In this document: positions 1 to 8,139 of the stretch, piece after piece
Layout of the letters: each line of letters starts with the position of its first letter
Position numbering within the stretch: the first letter of the stretch is position 1
Origin: Patescibacteria group bacterium
Lineage (GTDB): Bacteria; Patescibacteriota; Minisyncoccia; Phycocordibacterales; UBA918
NCBI GenBank assembly: GCA_019750255.1
Contig: JAIEOU010000009.1
Coordinates: 5,497 to 69,496 of the forward strand
DNA length: 64,000 bases
Reading direction: 5' to 3'
Notes under the pieces: model-generated
Databases searched by the model: none
The model's input: the letters and a program-made list of their open reading frames with translations, nothing else
Told to the model about the DNA's origin: nothing
Program-made: the position numbers and the translations under genes

Positions 1-338
1 CGCAACGCATCTTCAAGGACGTGGGCCTGCACCACGGTGCGCGGAAAACCATCAATGAGCAGGTGTGCGAGCGGGTCGAGCTGATCAAGCATCGCTTCGC
101 CCCAGAGAATGTGCGTGAGGAAGTCAGGTTGGAGGATACCGGTGTCCAGAGTCGACGCCACCTTGCGCTCTGCAAAGGTTTCTTGTTTGGCAGCGAGGGC
201 ACGGAACCGACGACCGGTCTGAATATCAACCACCCGACGCAAAGGGTCCCGTTCGACAAGAACGGTGCGCAGCTTTTCAATCTGGGTTCCCTTACCGCTG
301 CCCTGTGGTCCTACAAAAATTACGGTGAGTGGTGCCAT
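1..338 (-). CDS. adk: Adenylate kinase family protein (5' part; runs off the window); not in the ORF track
   Basis: Manual translation from ATG at 338: MAPLTVIFVGPQGSGKGTQ...HLLIDGFPRTVVQA, with P-loop and canonical DGFPR motif. Confidence 0.85.
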   Translation of the reverse strand, partial: MAPLTVIFVGPQGSGKGTQIEKLRTVLVERDPLRRVVDIQTGRRFRALAAKQETFAERKVASTLDTGILQPDFLTHILWGEAMLDQLDPLAHLLIDGFPRTVVQAHVLEDAL

Positions 339-340
339 GA

Positions 341-913
341 TTATGCGCTAAGATAAGTAAATATTTTTTCCGTAACCTCGTCTTGCGTTGCCTCGCCGTC
401 GATATCAATTAGGGTACCTTTATCGCGGAAGAATTCAATCGATCGCTCCGTATAGGTATGGTAGGCCTCAAGCCTACGCTCAATGACTGATCCTATGTCC
501 AGCGTATCACGGAGCCGAGTGGCACTACGGGCCCGCACTACGTCGTCGGGGATGATGAGGTTAAAGACTACGTACGGTCGATCGAGTAGTTCGTGAATTT
601 CATGAAATAACTCCGCTTCATTAGGCTTCTTTGCTACCCCCTCAAACACGATACGTGAATCGACGAACTGAGAAGCAAGGGCATGCGCCATCCAGTATGA
701 TGCCACCCACTCGGGCGCAAGCTGGCCGGCCTCATACATCTCCTTCATCTTGCGACCAAATGACGTTGGCAACTGACTCGCCTCACGCACCTTGTCACCA
801 TTTGAATAAAGTGAGCCTCCGAAACGGTCGAGAATGCGATGGGCTTGGGTTCCCTTCCCCGATGCGATTTTACCCATCAGTACTATACTTTGGTAGTTCG
901 TGTGATTATCCAT
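341..913 (-). CDS. Adenylate kinase-like NMP kinase (second paralog, short LID)
   Basis: P-loop GKIASGKGTQ; FEGVAKK in place of DGFPR; RRLEAY and IDGE motifs. Confidence 0.8.
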   Translation of the reverse strand: MDNHTNYQSIVLMGKIASGKGTQAHRILDRFGGSLYSNGDKVREASQLPTSFGRKMKEMYEAGQLAPEWVASYWMAHALASQFVDSRIVFEGVAKKPNEAELFHEIHELLDRPYVVFNLIIPDDVVRARSATRLRDTLDIGSVIERRLEAYHTYTERSIEFFRDKGTLIDIDGEATQDEVTEKIFTYLSA

Positions 914-973
914 TGCCCCCGAGGGTACCAGTTTTTATACGCCCACGCAACACATATGCTATGCTGTGGGCGC

Positions 974-1600
974 ATGCAAAAGAAGCACATCATCACTATT
1001 TCAGGAAAGCCAGGAAGCGGCAAATCATCGACTGCCGATAAAGTAGCTGAACTCCTGTCATACACCCGCCACTCATCCGGTGACATGGTGCGGACAATTT
1101 TAAAAGAGAAAGGCATGACCCTCGAAAAGTACAACGCCGAAGCTGAGGACGACCACGACCTCGACGCCCTCGTGGACGAACGCCTGCGGGCACTGCGTGA
1201 CATGGAAGACATTGTGGTTGATTCTCGTCTCGGCTTCTATTGGCTGCCAGAGTCTTTCAAGGTCTACCTGGACCTCGATCTGTCAGTGGCAACCGCTCGC
1301 ATCTACAAGGACACGGTCAGTAACAGTCGGCGTAGCGGCGAGGATGCGAGCTCACTTGATGAAGTAGCCCGCATGGTTGAAAAGCGCGTATCGTCTGAAC
1401 GGAACCGTTTTAAGGCAATGTACAACGTCGATCCTTACAACCGTTCCCACTTCGACCTTATTATCGACACCTCAAACCACAGCCCGCAGACCGTTGCCCT
1501 TACGGTGTTTGATACCTATAAGCAATGGCTTAACACCGACACTTGGAAGCAGGTGAACAGTTCAGTCCCGCTTGGGTATTCGTTCAAAAACCAATACTAG
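974..1600 (+). CDS. cmk: Cytidylate kinase, archaeal-type
   Basis: IITISGKPGSGKSS P-loop, VVDSRLGF, FKVYL, FDLIIDTS; start taken at ATG 974. Confidence 0.85.
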   Translation: MQKKHIITISGKPGSGKSSTADKVAELLSYTRHSSGDMVRTILKEKGMTLEKYNAEAEDDHDLDALVDERLRALRDMEDIVVDSRLGFYWLPESFKVYLDLDLSVATARIYKDTVSNSRRSGEDASSLDEVARMVEKRVSSERNRFKAMYNVDPYNRSHFDLIIDTSNHSPQTVALTVFDTYKQWLNTDTWKQVNSSVPLGYSFKNQY

Positions 1601-1714
1601 CCGTAGTAAGGATGTTACGGTCGGTTCAGTTTTGTTTATTCATTAATTGTGTGGTATAAAAAATCATCTTAGCTGCTGTGGCTAAGTGTAGAAAAAATTG
1701 CAAGGAGGTATCTG

Positions 1715-2242
1715 ATGGACTTACGTCATCACCCTGGAGTTATCGCTCCAATGCATGGGAGGTACGGGGAGAATGAGGGCCGGCTGAAACAACTCGAAGC
1801 AGAAGACCTCCTCTCCGTCGTGCGCTTCACTCACAGGAAGATGGCACGACATGGTGAAGTGCCTGTCCTTTCGGAAGAAGAAGCGGTGGCTGCACTCCGC
1901 CAATACTACGCGCTGCCAATCCTAGAATACCCGCGACAGCAGTTCGCAATCTCCTCGATTGTCGATACGTACTGGCATACGCATGTACTCGACACTCGTG
2001 GCTGGCGCGACTTCTGCCAGCGGGTATACGGTCGGATGATGCATCACGTCCCGCTCGACCCCGACAACTACCCTGACTTCGCTCGTGTACGCGCGCTCTA
2101 TATCGAGACGCGGACAATGCTGACGGATCACTTCGGTGAACAAGTCAGCGATCGCGCCTACCCGCACATCAAGGGTGACGGTCACGATGTCGTCATCTGC
2201 AGCTACGACTACTGCATTACCAAGGACTTGTTCGACGAATAA
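1715..2242 (+). CDS. Glycine-rich-domain-containing (GRDP/DUF1399-like) protein
   Basis: Motif S-x-x-VD-x-x-WH-x-H-x-L-DT...FC...G...HH-x-P; strong SD AAGGAGG upstream. Confidence 0.6.
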   Translation: MDLRHHPGVIAPMHGRYGENEGRLKQLEAEDLLSVVRFTHRKMARHGEVPVLSEEEAVAALRQYYALPILEYPRQQFAISSIVDTYWHTHVLDTRGWRDFCQRVYGRMMHHVPLDPDNYPDFARVRALYIETRTMLTDHFGEQVSDRAYPHIKGDGHDVVICSYDYCITKDLFDE

Positions 2243-2298
2243 TCGGGCAAGTCCACTAGAACTTTGGGAGCGGCCTCAAACCCGCTCCCTCTCTTTTT

Positions 2299-2640
2299 AT
2301 GAAAAATGTCTTATTTAAAGTTTTACCGGATAAACTTCCCGACTGGGAATCATGGTGTTTTGAAGTGCGTAATAGAGAAACAGAAGCTAAAGAAACGATG
2401 CAATATGAGCACTGCGTGTATGAACGATTCATAATTTTTGAACGTGCTGGGGAGTGGTACACAGTAGGCTCAACAGAATTTTTAAGTGAACCGCGACCTG
2501 CAGACATGAATGTTGACATAAACAAGCGACACCATGAGATGCGAGATAAATGCCTCAGTAAAGCACTCGTGGTATTTTTCGGTGAGATAGTGTTACCCCC
2601 AAACTATTCTGTGTTGTACGAGTTTGATTTGAGGAATTAA
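2299..2640 (+). CDS. DUF6176-like small protein
   Basis: W..WC.E...R..EA..T...E pattern and IN.RH...RDKCL; paralog of 15012..15323. Confidence 0.6.
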   Translation: MKNVLFKVLPDKLPDWESWCFEVRNRETEAKETMQYEHCVYERFIIFERAGEWYTVGSTEFLSEPRPADMNVDINKRHHEMRDKCLSKALVVFFGEIVLPPNYSVLYEFDLRN

Positions 2641-2645
2641 ACTAT

Positions 2646-2678
2646 AAACAGCCGGCCCCGTAAGGGGCCGGCTGTTTT
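2646..2678. terminator. Bidirectional intrinsic terminator
   Basis: AAACAGCCGGCCCC-GTAA-GGGGCCGGCTGTTTT between convergent genes. Confidence 0.85.
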
Positions 2679-2696
2679 CTTTAAGTTCCGCCATCA

Positions 2697-2817
2697 GCAC
2701 GTTCAGAAATTCGTTGACCGCGAGGCGCGACTGAGCGATGAGCCGACACGTACTTTGTGGTACGGAGAGGCTCAGAGCAAAGGAAGCAACAAAGCGGTGG
2801 GCGAATTTTGGACGTGC
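2697..2817 (+). repeat. Long-arm hairpin element, copy 1 (3' of secY)
   Basis: Arms GCACGTTCAGAAATTCG/CGAATTTTGGACGTGC; internal loop GAGGC/AACAAA; apical CGTAC-N6-GTACG. Confidence 0.75.
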
Positions 2818-2820
2818 CTC

Positions 2821-4095
2821 TTAATACTCCCGCAACGACACTTGAGCGTCGAGACGGCGAATCAGGTCCAGCACCACCGACACCACAATGAGTACCGCAG
2901 TACCACCAATCGCGAGCGCTGCCACACCGGTCGCGAGTTGCATACCGATTGGAAGAACTGCGACAAGGGCGAGGAAGGTCGCACCAACCAGGGTAAGACG
3001 AGTAATGAGCGCTCCGAGATACTCCACCGTGTGTGATCCAGGGCGAATACCGGGGATGTACGCACCGTTACGCTGAAGGTTCTTTGCGATACCGTCCGGA
3101 TCAAAGGTGACAGCGGTGTAGAAGTAGGTGAAGACGAATACTAGGAAGAAGTACGTCGCACCGTACCAAATTTGATTAGCTAAGAAAGCCTGCACTGCCT
3201 CATTGGCACCTCCGACCCAGGTGAGTGACGGAAACGCCGTGAGGATGTTGAGCACCATCTGCGGAAAGAGCAGGATGGAAAGTGCAAAGATAATTGGAAT
3301 AACGCCTGCCTGGTTAAGGCGTAGTGGCAAATATGATGAGCTGCCACCGTAGGTAGCGCCACCACGACTTTGCTTAGCGTAGGTGATTGGTACGGGACGT
3401 TCTGCTTCAGTCATAAACACTACAGCGTAAATGATACCGAGAGCAACGAGCCCAAAGCCGAGATAGAGTGGCAGCTGCGAAGGGTCATAGCTGAAGATGA
3501 GCTGACTCACAGTCGACGGGAGTGTCGCGACAATACCCGAAAAGATAATGATCGAGACACCATTTCCAATACCGTACTCGGTGATCAGTTCACCAATCCA
3601 CATGAGGAGCATCGAACCAGCGACAATGAGAACAATGTTCACGATGAAGTCGAAGGTCGAAAGTCCCGTCAGTACACCCTGACTCTGGAGGAGGGTAAGG
3701 AAACCGAAACCTTGGAGGATGGCGAGCGGAAGCGTGAGTAAGCGGCTATACTGCGTAAAGCGGGCTCGGCCAGCCTCACCCTCTTCAGTATAGAGACTCT
3801 TCAACTTCGTACTCATCACCGTGAGAAGTTGCATGATAATTGAGGCCGTAATAAACGGACCAACACCAAGCATTACAATCGAAAGGTTTGAAAGTCCACC
3901 GCCAGAGAAGATATTGAGGAGCCCCAGGAATTGATTATTGTCGAAGAATTGCTGGAGCACAGTCTGATCAACTCCAGGAATTGGAATGGTTGCAAGCGCA
4001 CGGAATACCACGAGGGCAGCCAATACGAAGAGAATACGGTTACGAAGAGCTGGTTCGGTAACGATGAGTTTGAGCTTGTGTACGAATGTATTCAT
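2821..4095 (-). CDS. secY: Preprotein translocase subunit SecY
   Basis: LGVGPFITASII, GIGNGVSIIIF, IPGIRPG; follows rplO. Confidence 0.98.
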   Translation of the reverse strand: MNTFVHKLKLIVTEPALRNRILFVLAALVVFRALATIPIPGVDQTVLQQFFDNNQFLGLLNIFSGGGLSNLSIVMLGVGPFITASIIMQLLTVMSTKLKSLYTEEGEAGRARFTQYSRLLTLPLAILQGFGFLTLLQSQGVLTGLSTFDFIVNIVLIVAGSMLLMWIGELITEYGIGNGVSIIIFSGIVATLPSTVSQLIFSYDPSQLPLYLGFGLVALGIIYAVVFMTEAERPVPITYAKQSRGGATYGGSSSYLPLRLNQAGVIPIIFALSILLFPQMVLNILTAFPSLTWVGGANEAVQAFLANQIWYGATYFFLVFVFTYFYTAVTFDPDGIAKNLQRNGAYIPGIRPGSHTVEYLGALITRLTLVGATFLALVAVLPIGMQLATGVAALAIGGTAVLIVVSVVLDLIRRLDAQVSLREY

Positions 4096-4114
4096 AGACT
4101 AGGGACTATGCCGT

Positions 4115-4564
4115 CTATTTTACACTACCACCTGCCGCTTCAATCTTGGCCTTAGCTGCCGCCGACACCTCGCACCCCTCAACCACAAAGGCTTTGGTAA
4201 GCTCGCCAGTAGCGAGAATTTTCACCTTTGGGTTCTTCTTGCGGATCTGGCTAATCACGTTCGCTGCCACGAGGGACGCTGAAGTAATCACCATACCCTT
4301 TTCAAAGGTAGCCTCGATCACACCGAGGTTTACTACCGTTGGCTTTACCTTCTCGTTGTTAACCGTATCGGCACGGTTCTTGCCGTGACCACGGAGTTTT
4401 GGATACTTCTTGATGATATCGCGCATTTCTGGACGAGTACTGTTACCAGCACGCGCAGTCTGACCCTTATGGCCACGACCCGACATCTTGCCGCGCTTAC
4501 CACCACGACCGATGCGCTTCTCTGTCTTCTGCGGGGTTGCCCGCTTAAGTTCGTGTAGCTGCAT
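4115..4564 (-). CDS. rplO: 50S ribosomal protein L15
   Basis: RIGRGGKRGKMSGRGHKGQTARAG; KIEAAGGSV. Confidence 0.97.
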   Translation of the reverse strand: MQLHELKRATPQKTEKRIGRGGKRGKMSGRGHKGQTARAGNSTRPEMRDIIKKYPKLRGHGKNRADTVNNEKVKPTVVNLGVIEATFEKGMVITSASLVAANVISQIRKKNPKVKILATGELTKAFVVEGCEVSAAAKAKIEAAGGSVK

Positions 4565-4568
4565 ATAA

Positions 4569-5261
4569 TTACTTCTTTAAGAGTTTAAGCGCTTCGACGG
4601 CGGCGCGAGCATTGTTGAGCTTGTTCTTTGAACGAGAGAAAATCTTAGCGGTAACGTCCTTTACACCACCAAGTTCAAGTACGGTACGAACTGACGAACC
4701 GGCCACGAGTCCACGACCCGGCGCTGGCATAATCATCACTTCACTCGAGGCATACTTGGTATGCACGTCGTGTGGAATGTGACTGTCCTTATTCATCGGA
4801 ATCTGAATCATGTGCTTTTTAGCGTCACGCATCGCCTTGTCGATAGCGAGCTGGGTGTCACCGGCCTTGCCGATACCAACACCAACCTTGCCATTCTTGT
4901 CGCCAAGCACCATCGCTACTGAGAAACTGAACCGACGACCACCAGCCATAACACGGGTTACGCGACGGATACTGATGATCTTCTGGTCAAACTCAGGACG
5001 TGCGCGTTCGGGGCGAGCGGTGCGGCGCTGACGGCGCTCTCCGCCACCAGCTCCACCACGTCGGCCACCACCGGCTCCCGCGGTGCGGTTACCTGGACGG
5101 CGATCACGGAAACCTCGTCCTCCCTCGTCCGTAGCAGGAGCGCCTACAGTAACGTCGGCTCCCGCAGCGGGTGCATCGGTAGAAGGTGTCGCTTCCGACA
5201 CTTCTGGCTCTGGTACCACTGGGGTATCAGTTATAGCTTCCTGCTGCTTATCTTCACTCAT
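4569..5261 (-). CDS. rpsE: 30S ribosomal protein S5 with long N-terminal extension
   Basis: RVTRVMAGGRRFSFS, PAPGRGLVAG. Confidence 0.97.
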   Translation of the reverse strand: MSEDKQQEAITDTPVVPEPEVSEATPSTDAPAAGADVTVGAPATDEGGRGFRDRRPGNRTAGAGGGRRGGAGGGERRQRRTARPERARPEFDQKIISIRRVTRVMAGGRRFSFSVAMVLGDKNGKVGVGIGKAGDTQLAIDKAMRDAKKHMIQIPMNKDSHIPHDVHTKYASSEVMIMPAPGRGLVAGSSVRTVLELGGVKDVTAKIFSRSKNKLNNARAAVEALKLLKK

Positions 5262-5282
5262 ATAATGAATCTATATAATCTA

Positions 5283-5633
5283 TTAGAACTCTAGTCCGCC
5301 AGCTCTTGCCGAGTCAGCAAGTGCTGCCACGATACCCTGGTAACGGAAACCACCACGGTCAAACACCACCTTTGTGATGCCAGCCGCCTTGGCCTTTTTT
5401 GCTACTTCAGTACCAACCACGACCGCACGCTCTACTGGTGTACCCTTCTTGTCGGTACGTGAGTCAACCGCGAGTAATGTCTTTCCTACTGTGTCATCAA
5501 TCACCTGCGCGTAGACGTAGCGGTTACTACGGAATACTGCGAGACGTGGACGCTCTGGCGTACCAATCACGCGAGCACGAATACGGTTGTGACGGACCAC
5601 ACGCTTCTCGTTTTTGTATTGTGTCTTGTCCAT
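5283..5633 (-). CDS. rplR: 50S ribosomal protein L18
   Basis: [30 protein letters not shown]. Confidence 0.97.
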   Translation of the reverse strand: MDKTQYKNEKRVVRHNRIRARVIGTPERPRLAVFRSNRYVYAQVIDDTVGKTLLAVDSRTDKKGTPVERAVVVGTEVAKKAKAAGITKVVFDRGGFRYQGIVAALADSARAGGLEF

Positions 5634-5636
5634 ATA

Positions 5637-6170
5637 CTATGCCGCCTTCTTACCTTGCTTGCGGATAATGAATTCACCTCGGTATCGAATACCCTTGCCC
5701 TTGTATGGTTCTGGCTTACGTACCTTACGGACATTAGCAGCGAACTGGCCAAGCTGATCCTTGTCGTTACCGGTGAGGGTAATAACACTCTTTTCCACGA
5801 GCGCACCGATACCTTCTGGGATATCAAGTGGTACGGGGTGCGAGAAACCAACTGAAAGCACGAGCTGCTTGCCCTTAACTTCAGCCCGGTACCCGACACC
5901 TTCAAGCTCGAGGATACGAGTGAAACCTTCGGTTACACCAGTCGACATGTTGATGAGGTGCGCAGCGTAGGTTCCCCACAGCTTTGCGCCCAACATCGAA
6001 CCGGCCTGTGGTGTAAACGTTACTTCACTGTCTCCAACAGCCACCGTCACTTCCTTACGTACTGGACGTGAGAGCGTGCCCTTTGGTCCGGTCACGGTGA
6101 GTACCCCACTTTCAAACTTTACCGTTACTCCCTGGGGGATGGGGAACGCTTTTTTTCCTAGACGACTCAT
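5637..6170 (-). CDS. rplF: 50S ribosomal protein L6
   Basis: MSRLGK, GVGYRA, PEPYKGKGIRY; start at ATG 6170. Confidence 0.97.
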   Translation of the reverse strand: MSRLGKKAFPIPQGVTVKFESGVLTVTGPKGTLSRPVRKEVTVAVGDSEVTFTPQAGSMLGAKLWGTYAAHLINMSTGVTEGFTRILELEGVGYRAEVKGKQLVLSVGFSHPVPLDIPEGIGALVEKSVITLTGNDKDQLGQFAANVRKVRKPEPYKGKGIRYRGEFIIRKQGKKAA

Positions 6171-6172
6171 AC

Positions 6173-6565
6173 TTACCAAATGATGAAGAGCTCCTCACCA
6201 CCGACCTGCTTTTCTTTAGCTTCCTCATTGGTGAGGATGCCAAGCGGGGTCGAAAGGATGAGATGTCCTTTACCAAACTTAACTTTGTGAATATTGGCGA
6301 CCTTGGTGTAGAGGCGACGACCAGGCTTGCTGATGCGCTTTACACCATTAATACGATGCGCGCCGCCGTTGTAGACGAGGGCAATCGAGAGCGTCTTTCC
6401 GACCTTCTTTCCCTGCTCCTTTACTTCACCGACATATCCAGCAGCCGAGAGCTTTAGAGCTACTGCCTGCTTGAGCTTACTGTACGGGAGTTCAACCTGC
6501 TTCTTTCCGACCATACCAGCATTCTTAAGCTGAATGATGAGGTCGCCGATAGCGTCGCTTACCAT
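6173..6565 (-). CDS. rpsH: 30S ribosomal protein S8
   Basis: [24 protein letters not shown]. Confidence 0.97.
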   Translation of the reverse strand: MVSDAIGDLIIQLKNAGMVGKKQVELPYSKLKQAVALKLSAAGYVGEVKEQGKKVGKTLSIALVYNGGAHRINGVKRISKPGRRLYTKVANIHKVKFGKGHLILSTPLGILTNEEAKEKQVGGEELFIIW

Positions 6566-6744
6566 GATGACTTCTTAATGCCTGGTATATGTCCTTCGTG
6601 AGCAAGCTCGCGGAAGCAGATGCGGCAGATATCAAAATCGCGCATATACCCTCGCTTACGTGCACACAACTTGCAGCGTCGTACGACGCGGCAAGCAAAC
6701 TTCGGCGTACGCTGTGAGCGTACGATGATTGATGTTCGTGCCAC
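6559..6744 (-). CDS. rpsN: 30S ribosomal protein S14 type Z (Zn), GTG start
   Basis: CKLC...[12 protein letters not shown], 61 aa. Confidence 0.96.
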   Translation of the reverse strand: MARTSIIVRSQRTPKFACRVVRRCKLCARKRGYMRDFDICRICFRELAHEGHIPGIKKSSW

Positions 6745-6763
6745 TGTATTTAGTTTTAGGGGT

Positions 6764-6797
6764 GGAGCCGTATCATGGAGAATCCATGACGTGCGCC
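6764..6797 (-). promoter_or_regulatory. Putative S8-binding operator (16S helix 21 mimic) in the rpsN leader
   Basis: mRNA GC-A-C-G-UCAUGGA(UUC)UCCAUGA-UA-C-G-GC reproduces the bulge geometry of 16S 593-600/638-646. Confidence 0.65.
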
Positions 6798-6856
6798 GTA
6801 ATAATTCCGCATCAGAAACGGTGTTTCTAAGCGTACGGGTGGGTACCTTTTTAAGG

Positions 6857-6955
6857 AGAAATAAGAAGCACGTAGTGCGACTATATTTTCCTTATGCAAT
6901 CGCCTAAGCAGATTCGACCTTTAAGGGGAGAATCTGGTTGCAGCGACTTGTGAGA
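6857..6955 (+). repeat. Modular hairpin repeat A+D(+B), copy 1
   Basis: AGAAATAAGAAGCACGTAGTGCGACTATATTT, then TTCCTTATGCAATCGCCTAA...GTTGCAGCGACTTG. Confidence 0.75.
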
Positions 6956-6982
6956 GGCAGAGACCCCGACCGCGTAGGCGCA

Positions 6983-7010
6983 ATACTACTAGAATAAGGT
7001 TATTTGTCAA
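6983..7010 (-). promoter_or_regulatory. sigma70-like promoter for the rpsN-secY block
   Basis: TTGACA-N16-TAGTAT. Confidence 0.65.
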
Positions 7011-7014
7011 GGAT

Positions 7015-7112
7015 AAATACAGAGGCCGTAGGCCGACAATATTTTCCTTGTGCAATCGCCTAACTGTTTTCGACCCCAGAAGGAGAAAACAGTTGCGGCG
7101 ACTTGCCTGGGA
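7015..7112 (+). repeat. Modular hairpin repeat A+D, copy 2
   Basis: ATATTTTCCTTGTGCAATCGCCTAA (24/25 identical to 6883-6907) and GTTGCGGCGACTTG. Confidence 0.75.
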
Positions 7113-7146
7113 TATAAAAATAAGGAGGCCACCATTGCTTTCATCC

Positions 7147-7412
7147 GTCCTTGCGAGCCTCAGCGAAGCAATCCAAACAATAATCCTAACCCAAAGGCCA
7201 GGCCTTTGTAGCCCGAACCTAGGAAACCCTACTACGGAGGCCAGGTCTCATAGTAGGAACACGAGGCTATAATCCGAGAAATTCTTTCCCAGCACACATA
7301 AAACCCTAGTCTGTTCAATACTTTTCAAAGCGCCAGGAGTTCTCATTGGCGTGAGACGTAAGTACGTTTATACGAAACGCCTCTAAGAGCCCTAGTCCAG
7401 GCTAGCAATGAC
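7147..7412. repeat. REP-like inverted ends
   Basis: GTCCTTGCGAGCCTCAGCGAAGCAATCCA at 7147-7175; GCTAGCAATGAC at 7401-7412. Confidence 0.45.
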
Positions 7413-7453
7413 AGATATACTTTCTATAACGTTACTATCTAAATAAAAATTCT

Positions 7454-8107
7454 ATGGGTTATAAAGTCAAATTTACTGTACTTGCTACACTACTCCTATT
7501 TGCTGTAAACATAAGCCACGCAAGTAGTCATTCAGAAAATTTCTCGTTTGAAGTTAGCAGTAAAAAGGTCATGTCTGGATCACCAGTACTGCTCCAATGG
7601 GTCGCCCCAGAAGGTTCAATCTGTAATCTTAATGGTACAACGATTGAAAATAGGTACGTTGTTCGTCAAGACTATTATTTGACTGAGAACCCTATAGTGG
7701 ATACGCGATACACCCTTACGTGTAGCAACGGCTTGATTACAAGCAAAATTGTACAGAAAGTGAACGTGGTGCCCGAAAGGAAAAAATCACCCACTGTTAC
7801 CACATCCATCACAGACACAGTGATTTCATATGGTCCAGGAGGTAGGAATAAATCTATTACCGCGAATCTCAACTGGACTTCAACGAATGTAGAATCCTGC
7901 ACACTTAACCAATACTTTAATAACTTTAGGACGGTAAATTTTCTGGAAGGGAGCTCCACACTAGACACTCAAGGTGCACTGGGTATGAGAGTAAGCAATG
8001 GTTCTTTTAGTTCACCAACTGAACGAACGTATCTCATAACTTGCCAAAATAAAAATGGAGTTTCAGCAGGTTCTGAGGTGGTATTTAACTCATCAATTGA
8101 TCTCTAA
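7454..8107 (+). CDS. Secreted protein with two small Ig/PKD-like domains
   Basis: Signal peptide; repeated L-x-W...C-x-L and Y-x-L/I-T-C-x-N motifs. Confidence 0.7.
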   Translation: MGYKVKFTVLATLLLFAVNISHASSHSENFSFEVSSKKVMSGSPVLLQWVAPEGSICNLNGTTIENRYVVRQDYYLTENPIVDTRYTLTCSNGLITSKIVQKVNVVPERKKSPTVTTSITDTVISYGPGGRNKSITANLNWTSTNVESCTLNQYFNNFRTVNFLEGSSTLDTQGALGMRVSNGSFSSPTERTYLITCQNKNGVSAGSEVVFNSSIDL

Positions 8108-8139
8108 TTCCCTACTCCAAAGAATGGGACTTCGTAGTC

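Noticed and set aside
21-356. 111-aa + strand ORF
   Set aside because: Antisense shadow of the adk-like gene at 1..338 (-)
839-973. Upstream extensions given by the ORF track (cmk, rplX, rplN, rpsG, recJ, nusA, pgl and others)
   Set aside because: They overlap neighbouring genes or promoters; family homology starts at the downstream ATG
6857-7112. Possible CRISPR array
   Set aside because: Only two degenerate ~100-nt units, no constant repeat-spacer period and no cas genes
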